A stretch of DNA of 64,000 nucleotides, taken from IMG/VR virus record IMGVR_UViG_3300028734_000012, positions 112,333-176,332 of that record; one strand, given 5' to 3'. The stretch is from a virus. Of the stretch, positions 38,262 through 48,457 are shown piece after piece. The stretch's first letter is position 1. Every line of letters begins with the position of its first letter. A model generated the notes under the pieces. It made no database searches. It was not told where the DNA came from and worked only from the letters and a program-made list of their open reading frames with translations. Position numbers and translations under genes: made by a program.

Positions 38262-38492
38262 TTATCCTTTGTCAACTAAGTCTAGGTCATCTATCCAAAA
38301 TAACCATTGTGGAGTTGATTCATCTTCTTCTAGTATATACATAAATGTATAAAAATTATCAACGTCCAACTTAGCCGTAAAGGTATTATTTTTGTTTTCT
38401 GTAATAAACTTTGTAAATTTGTCAGAGTATTTACCTCTTTCGAGGATTTTGTCCGTTTTGATTTTTACTTTTCTACCAGATATATTTTCCAT
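38262..38492 (-). CDS. Hypothetical protein
   Basis: ATG 38492 follows an AGGAG that lies just downstream of promoter P2. Confidence 0.55.
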   Translation of the reverse strand: MENISGRKVKIKTDKILERGKYSDKFTKFITENKNNTFTAKLDVDNFYTFMYILEEDESTPQWLFWIDDLDLVDKG

Positions 38493-38507
38493 ATTTTTTT
38501 TAACTCC

Positions 38508-38550
38508 TATATATATTATAGTATAATTTACAGTGTTTGTCAAGTAATTA
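38508..38550 (-). promoter_or_regulatory. Conserved phage sigmaA-type promoter P2
   Basis: TTGACA(38543-38538)-17 nt-TATAAT(38520-38515)-ATATATAG. Confidence 0.85.
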
Positions 38551-38578
38551 GGATATTTATTTAATTAGAATTTATTTT

Positions 38579-41500
38579 TTATATGTGATGAAAACTGCCT
38601 ATATTCCAATATCCTTTATTCTGAAACACATGCTCTGCAAAGATTATATCATATTTTTCAATTGGGCTTTCTTCATATAATTCCGATGCCATATAAAACG
38701 CTCCATGCTTTCCAGAACCAATTGATTGTGTTCTAAGACTATATTTCCATACTTTGTTAGGAACTTTGCTAAACCTATCTATAATAGGTCTAATTTCTAA
38801 TACAACTAGTTTTCTACGTTCTTTTTCTTCCTGTGAGTGTGAACATAGATTAATATAGCCTAGAAACTCCAATTGTGTTAAAATTTTGTCTTTGTATGAA
38901 AAATCTTGTATAGTTTGACAGTTTAAAAAGTCGTCGCATTCCTGCAATATATTTCTCACATTCAATTTTGTAAAAGATTTCTCGCTTTCTGTTGAGTTTC
39001 GTAGTACAATATTATATAGAGTTTGTTTACTTTCGAGTTTAGTCTTGCTAATTGTTTTAGAATTTCCCTGTTTAAAGAAGTCAAACATATCAACAATTCT
39101 AAGTAATTTCATAGAATTTCCAAACTCTTCAAAGAAATCTAATTTAATTAGAATTTCAAGCTGTCTTGAATTAATTTGGATATCTCTAATATCATACAAT
39201 AAATCAGTAAAGGTATTATATGTATTATTTCTTAAACTATACAAATCATCAGCACAATTTTTATTTAAAAACTTAATTGATTGCATACCTTTATAAATTG
39301 ATTTAGTGCTTATGTCAAATGAGTATTCAGATTTACCATATCTAAATTTAGGCTCAACAATCTCTATCTTTAATAATTTAGACAATTCTGTCCCATTTGA
39401 AATGTCTTCTTCTGTTTCAGAACAATTTAAAAATGCAGTTAAAAACTCATAAGGGTGATAATAACGTAAGTATGCACATAGATATCCTAACATGCAATAT
39501 GCGATACTATGGTTAAGTCCAAACATATATGAACTTGCATCTTCGATTATCTTTAGGAATATCTTTGCTTCTTCTTCTGATATCTCTCTAGGCTTATCAG
39601 AGACCTTGCAATAACCCTCTAAGATGTTTGGTAGCGCTTTCTGTAATCTATCAGCATCCTTACGACCAATGGCACGACGGGTATTATCAGCTTCACTACC
39701 AGATAGTCCACAAATATCAGTTAAGAATTTAATTACATCTTCTTGATAGACCAGATAACCTAGATTGTCCTCTAACAATTTATCGATAATTGGTGATGGA
39801 TTATGGTTAATTATATGTTTACTTAGACTATCTCTGTACGATGCACCAGATGGACGAATCATAGCCGTAACAAGTGACATATCCTCAATAGATTTTGCAT
39901 CAAATTTCTTTAATGTATTAAATGCAAAAGCAGATTCAAATTGAAATATTGCAGTATTAGATTTTTTCATATCAGCCCATACGTTTTCATCATTCCAATC
40001 AATCTGATATGATAACGGATATTTTTCACCAATATATTCATAAGTCTTTTTAATGATACCGACATTCTTTAATCCTAAAATATCATATTTAGCAAGTCCA
40101 GTTTCATGAACGCATTCCATATCTAACTGCATAATTACATTCCCATCATTTACGAAAGTACCATAATTATCAGCTAATGTAATTGGAGAAATTACAATTC
40201 CTGCTGGATGTTGGCTTTGAGATATAATAGTTCCTAACATTCCTTCAAAGTAATAAAATATCTTAGGATACTTTTCTCTGCATTTATCAGCGTTAGCTTC
40301 GTATTCTGTTTTTATCGTTTTCATAATTGCTAAATTATATGGGCTTTCACTTTTATTTAACTGTGGATTAGCCTTACACCATAAGAAGTCTAACGCTCTC
40401 CCTATATCATCAATTGTACCTTTGTCTGATATAGTTCCCATTGCTAAAACAAATGCTGTCTTTGGCTGTCCAAAATGAGTAATGATATGTTCGTATATCT
40501 TAGCCCTATCATCTTTAAACACATCAATATCGATATCTCCGATTTCCTTACGGTCTTCATTACAAAACCTAGAAAATACAGTTTTCCATCTAATAGGATT
40601 TAAATCAGTTACATCGGTAACATATGCGACACAGCTACCGCCACAACTTCCTCTGCTGAACCCAATAGGGATACCGTTCTCTTTACACCAACAAAGAATT
40701 TCTGACATTGAAAGCATAAACCCTAACATATCAACCTTTTTAAATACCCTTATTTCTTCTTGAATATTTATTTCAAACTTTTCTTTTTGGCTCATTGGGA
40801 TTATGCCATTTTTAAGTTTTTCTTTAAACATTTTATCGATACGCTTAATAAATACTTCTTCATCATTATCGTACATTCTAGGATATTTTATTGATGCATC
40901 CAGTACAATTTGTTCTATAGTACTTGCCATAACATTTGTATTTTCTATTGCTTCTAATATTATATCCATTGGTAATGAGTTTTGCACTATAAAGCTATGT
41001 ACAAGTTCATCATATGTCTTATATGTTAAATCATAATCGTCTTCATTGCTAAACTCAATTTTTTTAGATTTCTGTAATATACTACGGCATTCTGCTTTAT
41101 AGCTATTTAAACTATGTGTATCTGTTCCTGCTATTAATGGCTTATTATATTTCTTTGATAAGTCATATAGGCTCTTGTTAAAACTAATCTGGTCTTCTGT
41201 ATTATGGTACTGAATTTCATAATAATCATAATGTTTTAACAGTTTATCAAAGTAATCTTTAGTCTCATCTATTTGAGACTGGTTGAAAAGAATTTCATTT
41301 CTTATTTTTAATCCGTCAAAATTAGGGTCTTCTTCTTTGGCTTCAAGAAGTTGGCTTTGTAACGATTCTATTTTTTCTTTAATTGGGGTTATGGTATTCA
41401 TTAACTTATTTAATGGAGAAGCTAAACATGCTGAAATTTTTACGATATTATCAGATACACCTAAAAATTCATCAAAAGTTAATCTTGGTTTATAGTAAAA

Positions 41501-41872
41501 ATGGTCTGGTTGAGTAGCTAGTCCAACTAAAGTATTTAGTTCCTTTAATCCCTCAAAGTTCTTTGCTAATAAAACTGTGTGATAATTATCTCTAACTTTA
41601 TATGGTTCATCTTCATTAGTGCTATCAAAGTTATCATGAAATAATTTTTCAGTTAAATACACTTCACAACCATGAATATATTTAATTCCATTCTTTTCAC
41701 AGTACATCTTTTTGGCAACCCAATTGTAGATATTACCTTAACCATGTTCAGTAGAAGCAATTGCCTTTTGCCCCAACTGAACACATCTGTCCACATAATC
41801 AGTAAATTTAGTACAGCTATCCAATAAAGAATAATCTGAATGCGAGTGATAAACTACATAATTATCTTTCAA
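38579..41872 (-). CDS. dnaE: DNA polymerase III alpha subunit, with an in-frame TAA at 41740-41738
   Basis: PHP motifs HSHSDYSLLD and TEHG*GN upstream of the tracked ORF, in frame; GCEVY, GTDTH, SRGSCGGS, FSRF, DIDID, HPAG, KYDILGL. TTG start after AAAGGAG. Confidence 0.92.
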
Positions 41873-42572
41873 TAGAATCATCTCCTTTATAATTAAATTC
41901 TCCGAACAGTTCAATTTCTTTATCTTTTCTTGCCTTAATTGCTTTTTCTATAGTATCAAAACTTCCTATATTAATATTTTTGTAATTATACATAATCCTT
42001 GCTATATATTGATTACCAATTTGCGCTATACCTTTATATCCACTAGTGTTATTGCTATTTATTCCTCTATTTATACCATTAGTTGATTTATTAGCTAAAC
42101 GTAAATTATTCCTTCTGTTATCATTTTTATTTGTATTTTTATGGTCAATTATTATATTAGAATCATTAATATCTAATATAACTCGATGTAAACGATAAGA
42201 AGAATTATGTTCATTTTTTTGACTACTTATAATATAATTTTGGTCATTTTCTAGCCATGTAAAGTCTTTGATTTTATCATAATCAACTAAATCAAAATAA
42301 AAGTTTTTATCAGTATTTGTAGTCCATCCTATTCCATATTCATTAGTTAAATCATATTTATTATATTTTCGTTTTGCTTTAGAAGTCATTTCTTTATGTA
42401 AACATCCACAAGATTGTGTATTCATTTTCTTTAAATTAGAACCTCTAACTATAATATCGTTTCCACAATCACAATGACATAACCACCTAGTTTCCCCATT
42501 ACCTACTACATCATATTTACTGATAACCAATAATTTACCAAAAACTTTATTAGTTAAATCAACCCTAACCAT
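41862..42572 (-). CDS. Free-standing HNH-AP2 homing endonuclease
   Basis: FGKL.V...WLCHCDCGN...SCGC; LHRVI..IDHKN.NKNDNRRNNLR; NTSGYKGI AP2 domain. Confidence 0.88.
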   Translation of the reverse strand: MVRVDLTNKVFGKLLVISKYDVVGNGETRWLCHCDCGNDIIVRGSNLKKMNTQSCGCLHKEMTSKAKRKYNKYDLTNEYGIGWTTNTDKNFYFDLVDYDKIKDFTWLENDQNYIISSQKNEHNSSYRLHRVILDINDSNIIIDHKNTNKNDNRRNNLRLANKSTNGINRGINSNNTSGYKGIAQIGNQYIARIMYNYKNINIGSFDTIEKAIKARKDKEIELFGEFNYKGDDSIER

Positions 42573-42578
42573 TTATTT

Positions 42579-44564
42579 TTAATATTCACCGCATTCACTT
42601 TCATTTAAATTATCGCATTCTAATTTTCTTCTCCCAACTAGTATCCCATTGCTACCAAATTTAGTGGAAGAGTATTTAATTGAGCCATTATCCCAATTAT
42701 ATTTCTTATAAATATCATCACTACTACCATATAATCTACGGGTAGCTTTATCGTATCTTAGCCCCATACGATAGCCCTTTTCCCCTAATGTTCTGTCTTT
42801 AAATACTGTGAATTGTCTATCAAAGTTTTCTTGTAATAATTTTTTATCATATGTCTGTTCTAGCCCGTAAATTCTATCAGCCATATTTACAATATTAGAA
42901 GTTCCTAAGATATCATACTCATTTAAAGGTGTTCCAACTTGTGGTTTTCTTGGATGTGCTACTAAGTGAATTGTGCAACTATTTCTCTTTGCAAAGTGAA
43001 TCAATTCATTCATAAATTCTACTTGAACAGCCGTCAAATCTGCATCAGCAATACCCTTAAAATTTAGACACAACCAATTGTCTAAAACAAATACTCTTGT
43101 ACCTCTTTTCTTATACATATCTTTCATTCTGCTAAAAACATCTAATGGGCTTGTTAGTAATAAATTATCGTATACAAACATTCTGTTCTTGTAGGTCTCT
43201 TTAATCTTCTCAACTGCCTGTGTAGTAGGCTTATAATACTTAAATCCGTTAGGATTAGTGAACTCTATAACGTGGTCTCTTCCTGCCGCCTGTGATAGTA
43301 TCCAATTTAACATCTGTGATGTAGTGCTTTCTGCATTAAACCAGAATACTGATTCTCCTTTATCTACTGCATCAAGCACACAAGATTGTGCAATTAGTGT
43401 GGTCTTTCCTACACCACTGTAAGCCGTCCAAATATTCATCGTACCATCTATGTAGCCATAAATCTTAGAATCTAAATCACGTAGTCCTGTTGATAAGTAA
43501 TGGGTCTTTTCAATATCAAATTCTTCTACTGTTGTTAGGTCTACGATATTTTCAAGAGGAACTTCTTCTGCGTTATTAATTAATTGGAGTATGTCACCTT
43601 TACCACAACTTAATAAAATATTATTTGCATCTGTTTTTCTAATGAATACATTCTCGCTAAATGTTTGATAGTATGCTTCGACTTTATCTTCTTGTTCAAC
43701 TGTTGGCTTAATAACTTTACAACGATATTCACCCAAACGATTAATGGTATTTTTTAATCCTTCTTGCCCTGCTGAATCATTATCAAACCATAATATAATT
43801 TCTTTAAAATTTTCAAGGAAATCATAGTTAAATTCAATCCATCCTAAATCATTTGCACCACCGTTAATTGAACATACATTAGAATATCCCGCTTCAACAC
43901 AAGCTAAAGTATCTTGATATCCCTCTGTAATTACAAGTGGTTTTGTAATATCTACTTTATTACTATTATATAAGATAGGACACATAGATACTTTTGGTTG
44001 CCACCACATCTTCATTTCTCCATGTTTAATAGCATGTGATGGTCTATATTTAACTGCTAGTAATGTATTGTCTAAGTCTCTAAGTTCATATACTATATTA
44101 CCATGAACATCCTGTTTAACATCCATGTAATCAAGCGTTGCCTTTGATATACCACGCTTTGCCAGATAGTCTTCTACTTGTGACCTATCTGTATTTGTCT
44201 CTTCCCGTGGATAAATATAGCCTTTAAAATAATCCTTTCTATCTTTTACACTTTGACCATAATCTTTAACATCATAGCCCATATCAAGTTCTTCAAATAA
44301 TCTTTTTAAAGCTTTCTTATAAGTACCTTCTAATGTAGTATATAAATCTAAAATACCAAAGTTCTTACCACATCCGAAACAGTGGAAATAATGCTCTTTT
44401 GTATTCCAAGAAAAACTAGGTGTAGATTCATGATGAAAAGGGCAACACCCTTTTAAATTTGCTTCATCCCATTGTTCGAGATTCAATTCCTTATTAATGA
44501 TAAAAGCCGCATTATCGCCTAGCTTGTCTTTCGCTTCTTGAATTTTCTCAAACAAATCTGTCAA
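42579..44564 (-). CDS. Primase-helicase (CHC2 Zn finger + TOPRIM + DnaB-like; T7 gp4/Twinkle type)
   Basis: CPFHHE.TPSF, FHCFGCG, ITEGYQD, FDNDSAG, AYSGVGKTT, LVAHPRK. Confidence 0.92.
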   Translation of the reverse strand: MTDLFEKIQEAKDKLGDNAAFIINKELNLEQWDEANLKGCCPFHHESTPSFSWNTKEHYFHCFGCGKNFGILDLYTTLEGTYKKALKRLFEELDMGYDVKDYGQSVKDRKDYFKGYIYPREETNTDRSQVEDYLAKRGISKATLDYMDVKQDVHGNIVYELRDLDNTLLAVKYRPSHAIKHGEMKMWWQPKVSMCPILYNSNKVDITKPLVITEGYQDTLACVEAGYSNVCSINGGANDLGWIEFNYDFLENFKEIILWFDNDSAGQEGLKNTINRLGEYRCKVIKPTVEQEDKVEAYYQTFSENVFIRKTDANNILLSCGKGDILQLINNAEEVPLENIVDLTTVEEFDIEKTHYLSTGLRDLDSKIYGYIDGTMNIWTAYSGVGKTTLIAQSCVLDAVDKGESVFWFNAESTTSQMLNWILSQAAGRDHVIEFTNPNGFKYYKPTTQAVEKIKETYKNRMFVYDNLLLTSPLDVFSRMKDMYKKRGTRVFVLDNWLCLNFKGIADADLTAVQVEFMNELIHFAKRNSCTIHLVAHPRKPQVGTPLNEYDILGTSNIVNMADRIYGLEQTYDKKLLQENFDRQFTVFKDRTLGEKGYRMGLRYDKATRRLYGSSDDIYKKYNWDNGSIKYSSTKFGSNGILVGRRKLECDNLNESECGEY

Positions 44565-45334
44565 ACTATATCAACCCCATTCTTAAAACCATCTCTATCT
44601 GATTCAAATTGTTTTCTATACTTTACAGCTTCTTCTTTATTGTCACACCATTTAAAATAATGTTTTCCATTATAAGTTAAATAGGCATTCCATTTATTAT
44701 ATTTTTCATTATAAGATACACCAACTACACCTGTTTTGTTAGGTTCGATAGAGGATATTAATTCACAGTTTTTTAATCCTCTTTCTATTCTGCTATATAT
44801 TGTATATATTGATATATTATATTTTTTAGAAATTTGTTGTGGAGTGAATTTTTCGCCATCAATTTCTCCGTATATATTATAAGATGTATTGTTTTGTTGT
44901 TCTTTATTTGTTGCCCATCTACAATTCTCTGGACAATAATCTTTATTACCATCTATACGGTCTATACTTAGATTATCTTGATATCCATTATCTATAGACC
45001 AGTTATAGAAATTCATAAAATCATTAAGCCATTCTTGACAGATATTTATATCTTTATAATATTCATGATATTTATGAGTTCCGTATACTCTACATTTCAT
45101 CCCATGATATATGCTATATAATCTTGTATGCATTAAACAACCACAAGATTTAGATTTTCCAGAAATTAATCTTTGAGCAGATACGTTTATTTCTTTATTG
45201 CATAACTTACATTTACATAGCCACAACGGTGAAACATAATGACGATATTGTTTTTCTCCATTTTGTTTAATTGCTATTAAAAATCCGAAATTTATTCCTG
45301 TTAAATTATCATTAACTTTCAATATCTTCACCAT
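44561..45334 (-). CDS. Free-standing HNH-like/AP2 homing endonuclease
   Basis: WLCKC..C...SCGC, RLY.IY..MK.R, SIDRIDGNKDYCPENCRWAT, TGVVGVSY. Confidence 0.85.
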   Translation of the reverse strand: MVKILKVNDNLTGINFGFLIAIKQNGEKQYRHYVSPLWLCKCKLCNKEINVSAQRLISGKSKSCGCLMHTRLYSIYHGMKCRVYGTHKYHEYYKDINICQEWLNDFMNFYNWSIDNGYQDNLSIDRIDGNKDYCPENCRWATNKEQQNNTSYNIYGEIDGEKFTPQQISKKYNISIYTIYSRIERGLKNCELISSIEPNKTGVVGVSYNEKYNKWNAYLTYNGKHYFKWCDNKEEAVKYRKQFESDRDGFKNGVDIV

Positions 45335-46115
45335 TTTTAATAGGGCATACATTTCTGAACGCGCAAAAATTGTCGGAAAAGAAGTCTCCACAATTTGGGT
45401 AGAAGTCAAATGTTGATTCAATTTCTTCAACATTAGTTACAGCCCAATTCAAAGCTTCTTCATAGTCTTCTTGCTTAAAATCTATAATAGTCCATTCATT
45501 TTTTCTAAATCTGTTAAACATCATTTGCTTTGGAAATTTACCGTATTTTTTATATGTAGCATATGAATATAGGTATAATTGTCTTGCATATTCTTTTAGT
45601 TCGGCTTTACTCTTAAACCTTGCTTTAGATTTATGGTCTATAATTACTAAATCTCCATTTTTATCAAGCGCGACTAAATCAATTTTACCATTAAATATAA
45701 ACAAATCATTTATAACTTCTTCAAATTCATATTCAGCTTCAAGTATTTCAAAGTCATTAAATCCTTCAAAATTCTCAAAATATTTCTTTCCACTATCGTA
45801 ATAATCTCCTGCAAAATCCTTTGAAAAGTCTTCTGACATTTTTAATGTAAAATCTGATGTTATTTCTTTGTTATAGTTATCAATATAATATTGTGATAAA
45901 TCATAAACGTTTAGTTCGCCTTTTTCAAATTTCTCTAAAATATTATGGCAAAATCCACCGAACTCGGAAGTGCCATGACTTATGCCCTCTTCTCCATTAA
46001 AATAATGCTTAAAGAATCCATATCTACAATGTAAAAATGAAGATATCTTACTAAACGAATATCTTGGAAGTTCACGTTGCTTTTCTGTTAATACTCCTGT
46101 GTTAATACTCTCCAA
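45312..46115 (-). CDS. PD-(D/E)XK exonuclease (Cas4/RecB-like)
   Basis: YSFSKI...C, G..CH.ILE, GKIDL, IIDHKS, QL.LY, C-terminal Cys cluster. Confidence 0.85.
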   Translation of the reverse strand: MESINTGVLTEKQRELPRYSFSKISSFLHCRYGFFKHYFNGEEGISHGTSEFGGFCHNILEKFEKGELNVYDLSQYYIDNYNKEITSDFTLKMSEDFSKDFAGDYYDSGKKYFENFEGFNDFEILEAEYEFEEVINDLFIFNGKIDLVALDKNGDLVIIDHKSKARFKSKAELKEYARQLYLYSYATYKKYGKFPKQMMFNRFRKNEWTIIDFKQEDYEEALNWAVTNVEEIESTFDFYPNCGDFFSDNFCAFRNVCPIKNGEDIES

Positions 46116-46135
46116 CTACTCACCAACCTTATAAT

Positions 46136-46168
46136 TAAAGCCACAGAAATATCACATCTGTGGCTTTA
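46136..46168 (-). terminator. Hairpin/terminator after ssb
   Basis: TAAAGCCACAGA / TCTGTGGCTTTA inverted repeat. Confidence 0.65.
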
Positions 46169-46196
46169 TTCTATTTATTAAATTTTCTGTGTTATA

Positions 46197-46610
46197 TTAG
46201 AATGGAAGTTCGTCATCATCTGGTGTTTCATTTTTAGCGCTTGTATCTTCGTTAGCAGTTTCATCAGAAGAAGTGCTTGCTTCGCTTTGGCTCTTAGAAT
46301 CAATAAACTCAAAATTGTTTACAATGACTTCTGTCTTTTTGCGTTTATTACCATCTTTATCGGTATATGTACTGCTTCTTAGTTCGCCTTGAACTCCAAC
46401 CTTTTGTCCCTTTTTGAAATACTTTACTAAGAACTCGGCATGTTGATTCATTGCTACGAAATCGATAAAATCTGCTTGTGGATGTTCTTTATCTTTACTA
46501 TATCTATTTCTAGCAAGTGTAAAGTCAGCCACCTTAAAAGTATCGCTAATTTCTTTAATTTCGGGGTCTGCTGTTAGTCTACCAATGAAAATTGCATCAT
46601 TACCTACCAT
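46197..46610 (-). CDS. ssb: Single-stranded DNA-binding protein
   Basis: GRLTADPE, YFKKGQKVGVQG.L, acidic tail DDDELPF. Confidence 0.95.
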   Translation of the reverse strand: MVGNDAIFIGRLTADPEIKEISDTFKVADFTLARNRYSKDKEHPQADFIDFVAMNQHAEFLVKYFKKGQKVGVQGELRSSTYTDKDGNKRKKTEVIVNNFEFIDSKSQSEASTSSDETANEDTSAKNETPDDDELPF

Positions 46611-46613
46611 ATA

Positions 46614-47573
46614 TTATTCTCCTTCATCCGTCTTAATTAAACACTGTAACGCATCTAATACTTCTTCTGCAACGCTTAAATCTGTAATAACATTAAAGTT
46701 TGCAGTCTTCTTACCATTGACTAGATTATATTCCTTGATGGCATTAGAAATATCAGTTCTACCTATACCATCATCTTGTAACTGTTTAGCCAACATGCTA
46801 ATCTCTGCAATTTTGGCAGTTACTTCATCACTAGGAGTTACAGCTACTTTTACTTGCTGTGTAACTGTAGCTGATTTAACAACTGCATCTACATCACCAC
46901 TATTAGCCCAATCATATAGGTTCTCTCCGTCTTTTTCTGTAAGTACATCATATCTACCCTCAAATAAATGCGTATTGTCTTTTTCTACATTTGGAATATG
47001 AGTTTCTTGGTCAATATTCAAAACAACAGTATACTGGAAATCTCCTGCTTCTCTTTGCTTAAAGCCAACACCAACTTTTTTAGGGGCTTGTTTACCATTC
47101 TTATCTTCCATCGTATAAGCTGTTTTACCTCTTACAGTAGAAATAATATGTATTGGAGTTTGTAGAATTTTTTCTTGGAATGCATCATCTCTAGGTGTTA
47201 ACTTAGCCCAGTTCGTATATGAATTACCATTCATCTTACTATGTACATCTAAGATATATTCCCACTCATGTGATGTGCTATCAATTACAAGTACTTTAAA
47301 TCCTGCATCAACTGCGGCTTGAATTGCTTCGATGTATTTTTCTGGTGTATAAGGTGCTTCTAACTGAATATCAGAGAATGAGAACTCATTAGCGTAGTAT
47401 CTGATACGACCATTTTCTGTATCAATTACTGCAACTCCCTCGCCACCAGTCTTTCGTGCAAGTCCCGTTGCAAGTCTTAATGCCGTGTAACTTTTTCCTG
47501 CTCCTGCAACACCGCCTAGAAGAACTTTAACATAGATATTCTCTCTCTGTGCCTTTTTAAATTGCATTGCCAT
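46614..47573 (-). CDS. AAA_24 / Sak4-like recombination ATPase
   Basis: GVAGAGKSYTAL, IDTENG, VIDSTSHEW, KDNT.LF. Confidence 0.8.
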   Translation of the reverse strand: MAMQFKKAQRENIYVKVLLGGVAGAGKSYTALRLATGLARKTGGEGVAVIDTENGRIRYYANEFSFSDIQLEAPYTPEKYIEAIQAAVDAGFKVLVIDSTSHEWEYILDVHSKMNGNSYTNWAKLTPRDDAFQEKILQTPIHIISTVRGKTAYTMEDKNGKQAPKKVGVGFKQREAGDFQYTVVLNIDQETHIPNVEKDNTHLFEGRYDVLTEKDGENLYDWANSGDVDAVVKSATVTQQVKVAVTPSDEVTAKIAEISMLAKQLQDDGIGRTDISNAIKEYNLVNGKKTANFNVITDLSVAEEVLDALQCLIKTDEGE

Positions 47574-47642
47574 ATTAATTTAATTACCTCACTTTATTAT
47601 GTATTAAATTTTATATTAAAAATAATATAATCTGTTTAAGAG

Positions 47643-47894
47643 TTAGCCTTCTACTTTTGGAATAACAATTGGTTTATTCTTAGTTCTGCAAGATTCACAT
47701 CTTAATGGCAAACTGCCGAATTTCGTAATAAAATATACCGCATCATTATCTGTAAGCTGATACATTTTCCCACATTCTTTACAGATTCTATGACTTACTC
47801 TACGGTGTGGGCAGAAATCCCTTTTAATGGCTACTTTAGCTTGTACCTCACTTGAAACTTCTACAACAGAATTGTCTAGTTCTTCTTTAAGCAT
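47643..47894 (-). CDS. Zinc-ribbon protein
   Basis: CKECG...P.RCESCR. Confidence 0.65.
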   Translation of the reverse strand: MLKEELDNSVVEVSSEVQAKVAIKRDFCPHRRVSHRICKECGKMYQLTDNDAVYFITKFGSLPLRCESCRTKNKPIVIPKVEG

Positions 47895-47906
47895 TTTGTT
47901 TACCCC

Positions 47907-48236
47907 TTATTTATTATATTTTGATTCCGTAAATTTTAAGCAATCGTCAGTTTCTTTTTGAATTTTAATGTCCAATGCATCAACAATCTTATTCTCATAG
48001 ACAACTTCATTGTTAATCCATTTAACAAATGTTAATAGTTTCTTAATATAAGATTCATGAAGATTCATTTTGATAAAATCCTGTTTAATCTTATATTTAC
48101 GCTTTACTAAATCACTACCGAACTCTTCATCGAAAGTGTCTTCTGGATGACATACGGCAACTGCTCTAATTTTTTTACCCTTGTAATAACCATCTGCAAT
48201 TGTGACCTTGTTCTTTTTGTCAAATTTAATTTTCAT
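47907..48236 (-). CDS. Hypothetical phage protein
   Basis: AVAVCHPEDTFDEEFG phage-type motif. Confidence 0.55.
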   Translation of the reverse strand: MKIKFDKKNKVTIADGYYKGKKIRAVAVCHPEDTFDEEFGSDLVKRKYKIKQDFIKMNLHESYIKKLLTFVKWINNEVVYENKIVDALDIKIQKETDDCLKFTESKYNK

Positions 48237-48279
48237 ACTAAATAAATTTCCCCTTATTTTTATTTATTGGTTTATCTCT

Positions 48280-48320
48280 CTATATATATTATAGTATAAT
48301 TAGTTTTGTAAGTCAAGGGA
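48280..48320 (-). promoter_or_regulatory. Conserved phage sigmaA-type promoter P3
   Basis: TTGACT(48316-48311)-17 nt-TATAAT(48293-48288)-ATATATAG. Confidence 0.8.
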
Positions 48321-48353
48321 TTCTAAATTAATTATACTAATTAAATTATTAAC

Positions 48354-48405
48354 AAGATGCTTTTAAATATTCCATTATATTTTATTTAATAGCTGTACGC
48401 ATCTT
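48354..48405 (-). ncRNA. ACAGC structured RNA motif, copy A
   Basis: AAGATGC-GT-ACAGC-TA-TTAAATA...TATTTAA-AA-GCATCTT. Confidence 0.7.
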
Positions 48406-48419
48406 TAATCTATATATAT

Positions 48420-48457
48420 TATAATAGGGTTAATTTTTATACCGTAACCCTATTATA
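48420..48457. other. Perfect 13-bp inverted repeat spanning the DUF2828 stop codon
   Basis: TATAATAGGGTTA / TAACCCTATTATA; on the - strand it runs into TATAATATATATAG just upstream of copy A. Confidence 0.7.

Noticed and set aside
38579-41872. dnaE as a pseudogene, or genome-wide TAA recoding
   Set aside because: All other motifs are intact over ~1,090 codons, and TAA terminates most genes normally. The 6 nt do not fit group I (U|...G) or group II (GUGYG...AY) boundaries.
45312-46115. Cas4-like nuclease as evidence of CRISPR-Cas
   Set aside because: It sits with SSB and a Sak4-like ATPase in a standard phage recombination module; no array is present.
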